64,000 nt of DNA, from IMG/VR virus record IMGVR_UViG_3300020399_000003, positions 9,994 to 73,993 of that record, one strand, 5' to 3'. A program made the position numbers and the translations under genes. Below the pieces are notes generated by a model, which made no database searches, was not told the DNA's origin, and saw only the letters and a list, made by a program, of their open reading frames with translations. This document shows, in pieces, positions 23,201-30,580 of this stretch (within the stretch, counting starts at the first letter, position 1; each line of letters begins with the position of its first letter). This DNA comes from a virus. Taxonomy: Duplodnaviria > Caudoviricetes.

Positions 23201-24742
23201 AATAAAAGCATCTTTTGCTTCAACTAATGTATTGCCAAGTTTTGTGGCTTCTTCACTAACTTTTTCTACACCTGCTTCTAATTGATTAAGTACTACTGAT
23301 TCTTTTTCAGGATGGGGCTTATGTTCTTTAAGAGGAGTTAATTTCTGTTCAGTCTCTTCAATCGATTCTTCAACAACAGGTTCAACAGCGGATGTTTCTG
23401 GAGCAGGAGTAGCGTATGTATCTTCAGCTCCAAATTCATCAATTCCTTCAATTCCCGCACGGATACTTTTAAGCTCCTCTTCTTCATCCTTAACCTCCGG
23501 TGGAGGAGTTAGTGGTCTACCAAGTTTTTCTGGGTGTCTCTTTAAATCTTGTTCATACTGTGCTTTTCTAGCTAATGCATCCTGTTCTTCTCTACTAAGA
23601 CTAGTATCTTCTAATTCATCACCAGGATCAGGTTCAATAGGTGTAGCAGACTCTTGGCTAACGCCCGAGTCTGCTACGCTACCATCTCCAAATTGGTAAT
23701 CTTCTTCTTCAAAATCAATAGGTTTCTCAAAAAATAGTTCCTGACCCTCCACTATGGAGTCAGGATCTTTTTTAGTCCAAGGGTTGTATTCTTTTAACTT
23801 CTCTAATGATATATTATTGCGTTTAGCAATTAATGATAATGTATCACCCTTTTTTACCACATATGTGCCTGTCGGTGGATCAGCTGGGGCATACTGATGT
23901 AAATGCTTTGACAAGTGATCTACTAGACCCTGTGGAGTGGGCTTATTCCTAAACCAGGATTCATTATTTAATGGAACTCTCTTACTAAGAAATGTTGAAG
24001 CTTCCTTAGTCTCTCCATCTCTAGCAAGTTTCAGAATTTCAGGCCCCTTACCTGATCCGAGAGTATGCATTATGTACATATTTGTATTCGTTATAGGAAG
24101 ATTATTCTTTTTCAAAATCTTTATATTGTCGTCCATGAACGCTTCATGTGCTTTCCTTGCTTGTTCTGGATCTTTACGTCCGTCTATAGCCTTGGGATTA
24201 GCTTTACTTGGGTAAGTTAGACCCAAATTAGGATGCTTCTTCATTAAATCCAACCATGTGCCTTCAATAAACTGGAAACTTCCAGTAGCTGATGAAGTTT
24301 TATTTTTAGCGTTGGACCCTTCCGCACCACCTTCTGCTGGCATAACAAGGTTAGTATATGCATTTCTATCCCATTCTTTTTCTCCTGGTGGAATTTCTGT
24401 TGGACCCGTTCCAGTCCGTACAGTATTGAATGTAGAAGCAGGGGGTTTATCAGCTGGGGCATAAGCATTTACATCATGTGCATCTACGATGTCCATGTGG
24501 TTTGTAAGCGTTTCAACACGAGGATCAATACCTAAAGCTTTTTTAACTTTAAGTACAGCTTTAGCTGTATCAACATTTTGCTTTGAATTGTTTTTTGCAA
24601 AAGCTAATTTAGCTTTAGCCACTGCAACATCGGATGTTTCTGTAGGAGGGGGAGTAGCTACTGCAGCGCCATTCGTAGATTGATCAGGAGTTGTGGAGTT
24701 TGTTAATTGTTGTATAATCTCTTCATTGGTCGGCTGAGCCAT
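11222..24742 (-). CDS. Virion-encapsidated RNA polymerase (N4 gp50-like) with N-terminal lytic transglycosylase + LysM extension
   Basis: 4506 aa, no Cys found on reading. T7-like motifs: HRIMQEGKINPQGSK, A EIDGISNG, B RSVVKYPFIIHMYGGG, C LHDAF. HELLH zincin motif in the C-terminal part; AEGG...SSATGSFQFIEGTW and a LysM near the N-terminus. Confidence 0.95.
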   Translation of the reverse strand: MAQPTNEEIIQQLTNSTTPDQSTNGAAVATPPPTETSDVAVAKAKLAFAKNNSKQNVDTAKAVLKVKKALGIDPRVETLTNHMDIVDAHDVNAYAPADKPPASTFNTVRTGTGPTEIPPGEKEWDRNAYTNLVMPAEGGAEGSNAKNKTSSATGSFQFIEGTWLDLMKKHPNLGLTYPSKANPKAIDGRKDPEQARKAHEAFMDDNIKILKKNNLPITNTNMYIMHTLGSGKGPEILKLARDGETKEASTFLSKRVPLNNESWFRNKPTPQGLVDHLSKHLHQYAPADPPTGTYVVKKGDTLSLIAKRNNISLEKLKEYNPWTKKDPDSIVEGQELFFEKPIDFEEEDYQFGDGSVADSGVSQESATPIEPDPGDELEDTSLSREEQDALARKAQYEQDLKRHPEKLGRPLTPPPEVKDEEEELKSIRAGIEGIDEFGAEDTYATPAPETSAVEPVVEESIEETEQKLTPLKEHKPHPEKESVVLNQLEAGVEKVSEEATKLGNTLVEAKDAFISGVSQAPDLALKGAEKAVKSITDQLPDLPSTADAAKVFDQLEAFGNDILNKADELIDTGVAKVKGTATVITKDVLADIEIAKELGNRLVDAKNNFVKGVSKSGEILSDKEKWVDAKDALVKGGSKAPGEALEGLGKAGDSIAIGVGAKSDPSTLPPPSNVNYYDLVSSSDPKEEQRLSIMNMDVSPHVKASVLALTEAPHMEINSPVVKTKGPNVLGLEDGTWVAIINGKPVTNLTEEEATYYATRFARDAANQANGAYKEWSIGDVKNYLMGSIGGLDAYVAGAIVGEQSLQGKVNNYNKLKQAQVLLNKKETDLTPADVKMYRSILTSKTLTTAQEQFKNDPKFGVLSKLQKEADENNEQRERITEYADKWRALFPTNDAGFQASQSIYDLIADKDGELAAVWEMLKNHKAAYAKEGLGSAAYSLALVAGGLFTGSATLTTFIRDESQRAKAAWIEKHGEENYTPEVQNSIENWMALKVITQKISLGYLDKVVGKGPPGGHVQWIRKIAKKIGENTPTSIKILGKIGGKAVDFVSGAAGEAVQGGAEVVIEGQLPKETVDWRATYKGALMEGLGSLTLGPTFVAANVTTAVTKKILSPSNEQQLKDGLKKKKTAIEEQIKRIEKFEKDTNPKDLARLEELTNEVVEVESAIAELPNVTTDAKSGELKVETKNPKIKKLFEKHKDLANQTNGTVDDVINAISTDLEENLNTSGSELDTLQSRLPQVVTKENSIRETFAGRSDTDTIKVKDTQYGEALNKEVEGYEEDLKTIEADEKSSDIQKIIATEKVQEKINKIGKVLEETAKPSLLKAEKEYQKLQLEKVTTQLEGKQENIVNVQINKNAGKDIDDSGVDAILEEITMLAEPKNNPNYIPIEDHPDYGPGDIVDLKNDENQESQDTQGYVIEEIVGLLKDGKVHVRIKGLTETIPVDQLIPRVRPDETPRTILEKFQELTQRNMSDEARKLVQAKFDEFVKKYAPKDDGKGGKTFGSIEDSEEEHDKLSIDETKKKLAQSKADPDAPAEDTLYWQNQVDRKIEKAKRAEKEEQAEKTMADVHEEILEGDTKKWKGLAKYHEEIINSYKNLTDPVLRDRHIRALTSKMITHATNLSSKLAEFKRAKGMIPNLASGMGAVVVGSIDEKSPRGVRKMNYKTVSMPLTEADAKAQAKANGVEYKEGSSFEARKTNGQFVTLISDKTHKFANFTINKSDGLINNLEGEVKYGKLIMGTVQGYKKTSMAQTAANQEIKIKAKQNVYDTLVKLRGAMPRVVEEVTDEQREDIKIDETVDEASTLENQLKEAKTELKTTVDAFNELGEGDENKKILRDKIDELKTTIAGLESRIAESKTDEPAGDDTRTEDKAPEESAKSPDESTPDVRETTKDEEGKPGEQIEFSFAGKNFVESATLIYQTALKAVSKDNLDKALGLVGKKFTDLVNIGKRVKEGGIHTLSDADFESTKALTKALTNLGLDPKSAKVLVARYSKFAKRFRETLYHAIVKGNTVVLVDSSSTENEAKYAGTQFKVLAIKGKEAVIQAPNANDGKALTVPLANLIDTTNYAIRQPLSLLYREDTKNPDNHQGILPNQVIFSMMVGAMTWRQRTADNNVFGDSDYKMETFLYNNTQKLNQNEKTELGKLGYSYNDVARQIGYDISQMLHLSPTKASGELTQEGIDIYYEHLIPALGMAAIETAQGNDSEAYFIKDVHKWAFDEATVPGRAYNNNVKGSKADKDGFGYRQLKVNEKRPPSEEGLAAVKDLTTTLNLDIQSNAGPLQNPRDIRTDVPGTFGEVPQEVQRLMKKLHKVEWSKSQPMDIVSDLFEDHSDVLEQVMGIEELYEKDANGEYVYVLDKDGKRKIDKNGEPIKKGRWHEYDMESKAASNRDKLASLKRLVEANDRNELDKFYFTYSLQNHHRIMQEGKINPQGSKVDRFLLKSWEPKTYNEKNLWKFELAVAQNFGSDIDKQTYGDSKTYFNDLVNNSNVLAAVHAYQKLTKARNLVESTKLKKANKTKHKNALVAKKAAAKEFADALSIVKFGEDTKGGNMSLLQGIAGLAQYMTVSPSKSAKLGFRKTINKSFESDIVMEIDGISNGFAMNVMQFPMWKNMPEMLAKVATYFGNDTEHDTKAPDTYQTLAEYVQEAMGDGTLNLESKSNKIAIDFINKNRWKDDYSEFSLYKENKWNYHVKKKDKGNEKIEKKAAENLLSDYNKLNAALNTIYPDFTQDAGALRSVVKYPFIIHMYGGGIDRISKDVTKDIISELYSQVGVMQQTYNSMRASSAEAEAFFQQYKFTDVGERLEGEAADIAQELRSYAKQMTDFVNALEALGAFRQENRGTKPVVTKAQFIESMKKGESLNKYFNDNYLRANISTTIAPRFDHGLKTMLAPTQEARDTIVQMGGVLHGTFMVHFKRAYDTKLKEVGRSSLTKHELTKLIKDTKGELIKVFPQYKGPISSIDENGNTEGFIDLSKTENVSVLNEKIGVPENIDKMSSKELINFVEENVDDLTENAKTRLIKIINFKKDIPEEIQLDLVSSLQGRDKLADERIEYRTANQGKDGKYDSNTSQTHNTFPQQLRFIEPGVSALIRQIINMDSVLLTQTMNGDSNINVDGKRWVGDLNVLMLHDAFMASPEQLSTISAAYGQLFLHYNRTHSVIEQTYDQVQKVLGITSQMDNDIVEKNNNEWPEGVRSLEAELMDWVKNEFFDNKNKSDDDKIGYQELIEGFAKVKDKVLEARRQLEKLASENGGLNESLQMFMQKPEGQSQDQVLREGMLATAEESVNNRERNPVAKKEIAETFTRTYEEHQTSFDFFTEEDKQELKSLLAEKGKIYGDPKDMGDITRNKVKTLFNDFVELSGNYYNNAEEEASHTDSLSRVLDILSKGFDATAGIQLTYEQIEGITQGTYSEAQERITISASRNAPRIRNGQSPQEVYTHELLHGMTSIAIDQSPLVRQRIERLYSNVETTLELTYGKGQGYKVFLPPGTGPTKLATAAEIVMAKKQYQHAFHAKEEARLHEFMAYANTNASLSNFMKSNSIAQRTGLYGRMLDMIKNIVDIVREVLGQRVYKPENDLQLSEAIAITEQLVAIQNKHKSKAEQIQSKTYKALDASDQIIRNFANKAYKKYARAVVKSTEEGKPSFESADPGLKIATGLIALPYIYFGEDNTITEARNSWMEKMNYSMRGLLKEFGDGVLSEKMIEQLLQSKVHISKQRQLAETFQIDWFNGNKRDGIKSIWKSLDPTKRHAMSVETREALTNVMLRSDISQLITAGLDLNSPAGMKKIIGLIGKDKNSIRARKQLQLDILRRLGVTADSAAIQYADELGYWQMTGLTERLADARSNAYSIALDYLSNPTEERVGLLDAYATISALDHIDTQDAHLIKDLAKNEFKADSQQNGIISIMQAHINFKAKSRKDLFDGDPTQMMKGYVVERMDNLTDIQIGTVEQKEEFDERGYTESVKLSKIATNQTHYVMYINRNKPEVKDVSGIMSTTNTRNQGTTLTEILSLNPAYQVGNTGRPDMPAIRAKLKQFKQHQNKLAKKLGFDDRFKFRPLFDQNNKIVDYRIMMNHEDTKNIIRPDLEFQNVFAHMHSNLVDRKNTILNDKETIHLLVHEQEELYKTHPKQFINMLDPASAYHERYKKMPRPIREYMQEFAVNGEFMVRIDIVDKVFGYKQKDITQAKIFENNKHPLAERVAGLSHYTIKETVGWGKNRVVLAIPKVIFLNMMSNVTQLMMRKIPPSYIFNKLIEGLSEYKKYSKDTIEMNKLQYDIDTKKLPDNSPEAQKVKRLRVRIKGNKIHKMNEAGVDSLIIEDLNAAQLDGYWNRMSRLLFKGKLKNVGDKIPRSVQTVAHTLFWTKESIPYQYSKQVVQMTDFMGRYVMMEHSQNVLGKSFKESLHEALEAFVLFDESLIAPLEMLDALGATSFLSYWLRNQRAVKKLVMSNPSSVAISALLQEMSGIPTLGNVNSAWMGGDFSPNVFQTDDLFDEANNITLFEVLSDLKNF

Positions 24743-24777
24743 GAGGTATCTTTACTTATATAAAAGTTCATAAAAAG

Positions 24778-26754
24778 TTATTGATAAGGATTCTTTGAAT
24801 TTCCTTTATTAATCTTTTTACCCATTATTGCATTTTTTGCATTTTTTACAGAAGTATTTATCTTCGAGTAATCAACATTAACTGTCCCAGTAAGACTACT
24901 AAATCTATTACTTACAGGTATAGGTTTTAACCTATCAAAATTTGCTCCCAGACTATTAAGAGAGGTTTTTACTGATCTCCACCCACTAGACATCCTACCT
25001 AAATCTTGAGATTGCGCATCAGCAAGTCTTCCTTGAGCAAATTCAGTAAATCTATTAATTCCTTCTGTTACATTAACATCTCCATCTCTATTCGTTTTAA
25101 TAGATCGTTGTGAATCTGGGAGTGCTTCTACAAATAAATTTAACAATTCATAATCGGAAGTATCACTCATTTGTCGATATCTATTTAAAGTTGAAAATAC
25201 AAGATCATTTCCGTCAAATGGTAAGCTATCTTCATCAATACCTGCATTTCCAATAATAGCTTTAGAGACAGCTAATCGGAACGCTGCTAATGTTTGTTTA
25301 CTAGCACCAGGAAGAAATCTACCCTTTTCATCCTTAAAAAATCCTTTTATTCGATCTACTACTTGTGCAGTTTCCCTAGATATTTCATTAGCATCTTCAT
25401 GAGAGATACTATCACCAGATTTAAATTTTAATTTAGTTAACTTATTAGTCAATCTATCGGCTATATAAGTTTTTGTACCATGCTGTGCCATATTAAAGAG
25501 AGCTTTATGCTGTTGTGCTTTATATTCCTGAGCTGCCTCTCTAAAATCTGAATCTAGATTTGATTGAAATGCAGCATCTTTTTTTCCCTCAGAAATAGCG
25601 TAACCTAGTGCTTGATTATTTTTAATAACTTTAGCAATTTGCGGGTCTAATAATCTATCTGGTAAGTTAGGATATTTTTTACGATATGTTTCTTTTAAGT
25701 CTGCTATTAACAAAGAAGCCTGCATTGGTGATATTTTTTTTGCTGTTTTATAATCTACACCACCATACTCAGCATTTTCAAAAACAGCAGCAGGATCTAC
25801 CTTAGAACGATCTAATGCTAATTCTACATTTTTATTAAATACGTCAGCTTCTGGTCCAGTTATGTTATTTGCTTGTAAGAAATTTAAAGTCTTATTTACT
25901 TCAGCATCAACTAAATCAGGATCTTGTAAACTAATTGCATTTGCTATAGCTGCACTACGTTCTTTTAATCGAACACTTTGAGTAGTTTCGCCTGCTTCAA
26001 GTTTAGTTTGTCGATCAAAATTTTGTCCCCATTCAGATTTACTTAATAAATCTTTAGCTCTTTTATCAAATACTGATTTATCACGTATACCGGGCCATTG
26101 TGCTTCTAACCTATCTGAGATAGTACTAACAGCTCTATCATGTGCTGCTTTACCAAAATTACTTGGATTAGTCATATCCACGCCTACTCCTACAGCAGCT
26201 TGGATGGTATCAGGACTTACAGTAATATCAGCATTACCAAATTCTTGATCATAAATGTCAGTGATTGCTTTATCAGGAGTTCCGGTGGCAAGATTACGTT
26301 GATGTAGTTCTTCTGCTTTTGCTTTGTATTCAGGTGTACCAGGAGTAAATTGTGCAAGTTCCCCAAGTTCTTTTTTTATTGTTATCTTATTTTGGTATCC
26401 TTCTAATACATCTTTAGCACCTATATCTGAAATAATATTAGCTGTTCTTAATTTCTCTTCGTTTAATAAACCTAAAGTTCGTGCATCTCCTGCTGTACTA
26501 GCTGTCCCTTTATCTGCTAAAGGGCTAAGATTACCTAATATATTTTGAACTTCATCTTTAGTTTGAGCTTGAGATAGAGCTAAATTAACATCATCATCAG
26601 CGCTACTACCTATAGTCCCAAGTGCGTCTTTAGCTTCTGCTAATGCAGCATTACGAATGCTAGCAGCATCTGTGTATCCTGCTCGCAGTTTATCTAAGAG
26701 AGTATTATCTCTCCTACGCATTACTGATGATATATTTCCTTTTAATACTGACAT
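24778..26754 (-). CDS. Putative ejection/internal virion protein (gp51 position)
   Basis: Directly upstream of vRNAP; Ala/Asp/Lys-rich, no Cys seen. Confidence 0.6.
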   Translation of the reverse strand: MSVLKGNISSVMRRRDNTLLDKLRAGYTDAASIRNAALAEAKDALGTIGSSADDDVNLALSQAQTKDEVQNILGNLSPLADKGTASTAGDARTLGLLNEEKLRTANIISDIGAKDVLEGYQNKITIKKELGELAQFTPGTPEYKAKAEELHQRNLATGTPDKAITDIYDQEFGNADITVSPDTIQAAVGVGVDMTNPSNFGKAAHDRAVSTISDRLEAQWPGIRDKSVFDKRAKDLLSKSEWGQNFDRQTKLEAGETTQSVRLKERSAAIANAISLQDPDLVDAEVNKTLNFLQANNITGPEADVFNKNVELALDRSKVDPAAVFENAEYGGVDYKTAKKISPMQASLLIADLKETYRKKYPNLPDRLLDPQIAKVIKNNQALGYAISEGKKDAAFQSNLDSDFREAAQEYKAQQHKALFNMAQHGTKTYIADRLTNKLTKLKFKSGDSISHEDANEISRETAQVVDRIKGFFKDEKGRFLPGASKQTLAAFRLAVSKAIIGNAGIDEDSLPFDGNDLVFSTLNRYRQMSDTSDYELLNLFVEALPDSQRSIKTNRDGDVNVTEGINRFTEFAQGRLADAQSQDLGRMSSGWRSVKTSLNSLGANFDRLKPIPVSNRFSSLTGTVNVDYSKINTSVKNAKNAIMGKKINKGNSKNPYQ

Positions 26755-26763
26755 GCTAGCCCC

Positions 26764-27273
26764 TTATACAGTAAAGTTAGTTTTCTTATTTTCCATGCCT
26801 TGTGCTTTACGATGTTGATTCTGATCTTCTTCTCTAACTCTATAGTCACCCATACCTAATTTCCATTTTCTATTTACATCCTTTTGATCAAATACCATAG
26901 CTTTTTCTACTTGATCCATATACTGTTGTTGTTGGCCCATTGCTTGATTTTGATTATAAGCACCCCAAAGATTCATTGCTATTTTCGCAGCATCCATAGG
27001 ATGACCACCCATCCAAGAACCCATTTTACTAAGCATACCTGGAACTGGCTGAGGATCTGCTAAAATACCGGAGTTTGATCGCATACCCTGACCAAATTTC
27101 TCTTGTAATCTCCATATAGGAACTCCACCAAGGGTTGGCGAAGTATCTTCCATAATACCTCCACTCATATCGTGAAGCCCATCTTGCTGCCCAGCTCTCG
27201 GTTTCCATGACGCTTTCCATCGATCTTCCCAATTATTAAAATTTTGTTGATTTAAAGGTTTACCATAATTCAT
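26764..27273 (-). CDS. Putative internal virion protein (gp52 position)
   Basis: Gln/Gly/Met-rich; synteny. Confidence 0.5.
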   Translation of the reverse strand: MNYGKPLNQQNFNNWEDRWKASWKPRAGQQDGLHDMSGGIMEDTSPTLGGVPIWRLQEKFGQGMRSNSGILADPQPVPGMLSKMGSWMGGHPMDAAKIAMNLWGAYNQNQAMGQQQQYMDQVEKAMVFDQKDVNRKWKLGMGDYRVREEDQNQHRKAQGMENKKTNFTV

Positions 27274-27319
27274 TTGTTATCTCCTGCGTCTATATACAGT
27301 TGTCATTGAAATCATACTA

Positions 27320-30049
27320 TTATACGTCGTACGTTGCACCATAAAAATCAAAATCTGGAGTAATAGCAATACTTGCTAATGTCATAGGAACTATACCTAT
27401 CCCCCCTGCAATGGTCCATTCAGCATACATAGGTATTCCAGATTGTTTTCTCCATGACATTTGAGTTGCTCCTGCAACACCATATTGATCCATCCCATAG
27501 TCTATTTCAGTTAATTTTTCAATTTCTGTTAGTTTTTTTGCTCGTTCTATATCCCAAGCACTTTTTCGAGCTGATAATTCTTCCAGACCTTCTGCAATTG
27601 CTATTGCTTTCAATGAACTCATACCACTGAATGCTTGCACCGCCAGTCCAGCCCACTGCAGAGGAGTAAACGATGCTGGACTTTTAAAACTTGTCATAGA
27701 ATTAAAATGAATACTTGAAGGAGCATTTGCAGGCATAGGTCCTACAAAATCTGGTGGTGCTTGTCCATATGTAATACTTCCTTCCCAGGACATGAAAGCT
27801 ACAGTAGCTAATAGCTGAAGAATCATACCTAATTCAGTATCTCCTGCTACTTCTACAATAATCTGTTGGATAATAGCCATAACTACCCATTTAAAGGCGT
27901 AAACAGCTAATTTACTTAATACTATTTGAGCCGCAGCTAGTAATCCAGAAGTAGCCGCAGCTCCTGCAACAGTTGCTAACCATGCCTTTAAAGCAGTAGG
28001 ATCAAATGTGGTAATAGTATAATAAATAATAACTACAAGAAGAATAAGCATTACGAGAGCTGTAAGAAAATCCATACCTGCATGATGGATAACTTCATAA
28101 TGAGCTACATAAATGGATAGATGAGCTCCAGCTAAAAATAATTGAGCCTGATCTGTATTCGATAGACCTTTTACAAATGTATATACAAAAGGGACCATTA
28201 AATCTTCTTTGGCTCCAAGATTGAATTTAACGGTTTTAAATACACCTGTATCACCATCAATAACACGCATAGCTCCAATAGGAGCAGCAACCGTATATGC
28301 AGCTAATCCACTAGGTTTGATTTTGTAGTAAGTAATTGATTGTCCAGACGTTGTTTCTTCTGAGGCTTGTTGAACTAATTTTAATACACCTGATCCATTA
28401 TTCTCATATACGGCATCAGGAGTTAAATAAATTAATGTAGCTGTACTGCCATCAGATTCCTGTAATACAGGAGTTGGATTGTTATAACTCATTCTTTCAG
28501 TTACTTGGAGCCAATTGGTTGCTTCTGATGTAGTAGTACCAGGATTAGTTACCCCATTACCTGTTAAAAAATCAGCTACTTCTGTTAAATTATCAGCTTT
28601 ATATCCAACGTTATATGTACCTTTGCCAGATGAACTATAGTAAGGCGTAGCTAAAATATTATTAGCATCAAATTTTGACATATCCGAATAATAGATTCCA
28701 TTCTCTGTACTTCCACTATTAGCATTAATATCTACTAATGAGGTAAATGCGTAACTAATATAGTTCCACTGAAATGCATCCTCTTTATCTTCAGTACGAG
28801 TTAAAATATTATTAGTTGGAGGGACTTCACCCGGTTGTGTATTGTTATATATCCCTTGAGTTGAACCTTGGGCAGGGTATAAGTTTTCAAACATTCTAAA
28901 TAAATAAGACATACCTGCTTGAGAGGTATCCCACATTCTTACCCCAAAATTTACATATACATTATCTATATCCCCTGGAGCTAAACCAGCATCAGCCATT
29001 ACACCAGTTATAATTTCATCTGGATCTAAATGAATAATTCCTAATAAATCTTCTATTGCTGCTTGTTTAGTAGCCCCAAAGGTTGTGTAATTTGAATTAC
29101 TAATCCTTAAAGGTATAGCAGGCATTGCTTGTATTACGCTGTTATCAATATTAATAGGTTCTTCTACTGTATCTAAATCAACATAGGTTCCCTCTCCAAC
29201 TTTATAAACAAATAAATATGTTCTACCTGGGTCTACATTTCGAAAATATTCAGCTACATAATGTAGTTCTGTAGGTCTAGATGGCGCATTATATGGGAGA
29301 GTTATTGTTACACCAGCTGCATTGTATGCTTCAATCGTATAATCATCTGTAGGTACGTTATATACAATAGTGCTTAAATTAATTAGCCATCTCGTATCAG
29401 CTAATACATCATCTGAGGGAGCTACTGCACTTGTTATATCTAGTTGGATATTGCCCGGGCTAAGAGTAACATTATGTGTATCTGCAGCAGGCGTAAATGG
29501 ACCAGTAGTAACTTCACGATATTCTGTGCCTAGTAGATTAGCACCTACATCATAGCCTTTGTTTTCTTGCAACCAGTACTTAACCCAATCCTGTTTAGTA
29601 AGAGCTCTAAGAGCTGATACTCCGGGTGTACACGGAACTCCATTAAGAGTTTGTAGTGCGGCTGTTAATTCATCATAATCAACAATTACAATATATGAAT
29701 CAAGTTCAGGAAACCCTTCAAAATAGTTTCCATTTTCAATAAAAGCCATAAACTCTTTAATATTCCCTTTCATACTACGGAATACTAAATTGTAAATTAA
29801 AGAAGTAGATAGATCTTTATTTTGGAGGATTGCTTGTAGTAATGCTTGTGTGGTGGGATTTTTGCGATCTACATCTTCAAAAAGGGGGTAATTACGAACT
29901 TCAAAGTACTCAACAATTTGGGTACTTCCACCATACCCAAGAAGTACCATAATTAACTGCACAACCATCTCAACTATTTGTACAACTGCTTCTACTATAT
30001 AAACAATAACATCTACAATTGCTGAGATTACACTAGCGATAAAACCCAT
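27320..30049 (-). CDS. Virion structural protein (gp53-like) with hydrophobic N- and C-terminal segments
   Basis: 909 aa; synteny; predicted TM stretches (FLTALVMLILLVVIIYY). Confidence 0.6.
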   Translation of the reverse strand: MGFIASVISAIVDVIVYIVEAVVQIVEMVVQLIMVLLGYGGSTQIVEYFEVRNYPLFEDVDRKNPTTQALLQAILQNKDLSTSLIYNLVFRSMKGNIKEFMAFIENGNYFEGFPELDSYIVIVDYDELTAALQTLNGVPCTPGVSALRALTKQDWVKYWLQENKGYDVGANLLGTEYREVTTGPFTPAADTHNVTLSPGNIQLDITSAVAPSDDVLADTRWLINLSTIVYNVPTDDYTIEAYNAAGVTITLPYNAPSRPTELHYVAEYFRNVDPGRTYLFVYKVGEGTYVDLDTVEEPINIDNSVIQAMPAIPLRISNSNYTTFGATKQAAIEDLLGIIHLDPDEIITGVMADAGLAPGDIDNVYVNFGVRMWDTSQAGMSYLFRMFENLYPAQGSTQGIYNNTQPGEVPPTNNILTRTEDKEDAFQWNYISYAFTSLVDINANSGSTENGIYYSDMSKFDANNILATPYYSSSGKGTYNVGYKADNLTEVADFLTGNGVTNPGTTTSEATNWLQVTERMSYNNPTPVLQESDGSTATLIYLTPDAVYENNGSGVLKLVQQASEETTSGQSITYYKIKPSGLAAYTVAAPIGAMRVIDGDTGVFKTVKFNLGAKEDLMVPFVYTFVKGLSNTDQAQLFLAGAHLSIYVAHYEVIHHAGMDFLTALVMLILLVVIIYYTITTFDPTALKAWLATVAGAAATSGLLAAAQIVLSKLAVYAFKWVVMAIIQQIIVEVAGDTELGMILQLLATVAFMSWEGSITYGQAPPDFVGPMPANAPSSIHFNSMTSFKSPASFTPLQWAGLAVQAFSGMSSLKAIAIAEGLEELSARKSAWDIERAKKLTEIEKLTEIDYGMDQYGVAGATQMSWRKQSGIPMYAEWTIAGGIGIVPMTLASIAITPDFDFYGATYDV

Positions 30050-30052
30050 TGC

Positions 30053-30577
30053 TTACCCCGTAGGTTCAGCGTTTGTGATTTGGGTATTTATATTTCCTGT
30101 TCCAGTAACATTAAGAGCTGTTACACCAGTAGAAGCAACTCCAGCTGTAGATATATTAACCGCCCATGCATCTAATAATGTTTTAAGATATTTTTGATCT
30201 GCATTCCATTTAAAACCTTTAGCTTGTTCACTAGACAAGTTATTTGCTCTCCCTGCCACAGAAGTAGTTGTAGGAGCTACTTTAGTAGATTGTTCAGTTT
30301 GAGCAAATTCAGTAACTTCTTTTTGGAACAATAGAGCTTCTTCTGCATTGCCTTTCTGCATGCCTACTGTATAAGCTACAGCTTGTTGAACAGCTGCTTG
30401 CATAGCTGTTAAATATACTGTTGCATAATCACTGCCAGTAATACGGCCTAAATTAAATTGGGCAGCCATATGTGCATTGACGGTTTCCATTAAGTCATCG
30501 AATACACCTGTACCTGTTACTACATTACTAGCATCGGTAGTTACACCGGCAGTTAGATCAGCAATAGTAATAGCCAT
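30053..30577 (-). CDS. Virion structural protein (N4 gp54-like)
   Basis: GTGVFDDLMETVNAHM...RITGSDYATVYL pattern; synteny. Confidence 0.7.
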   Translation of the reverse strand: MAITIADLTAGVTTDASNVVTGTGVFDDLMETVNAHMAAQFNLGRITGSDYATVYLTAMQAAVQQAVAYTVGMQKGNAEEALLFQKEVTEFAQTEQSTKVAPTTTSVAGRANNLSSEQAKGFKWNADQKYLKTLLDAWAVNISTAGVASTGVTALNVTGTGNINTQITNAEPTG

Positions 30578-30580
30578 TAG

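Noticed and set aside
15074-24683. Short ORFs within or antisense to vRNAP
   Set aside because: Expected by chance over a 13.5 kb gene; no support.
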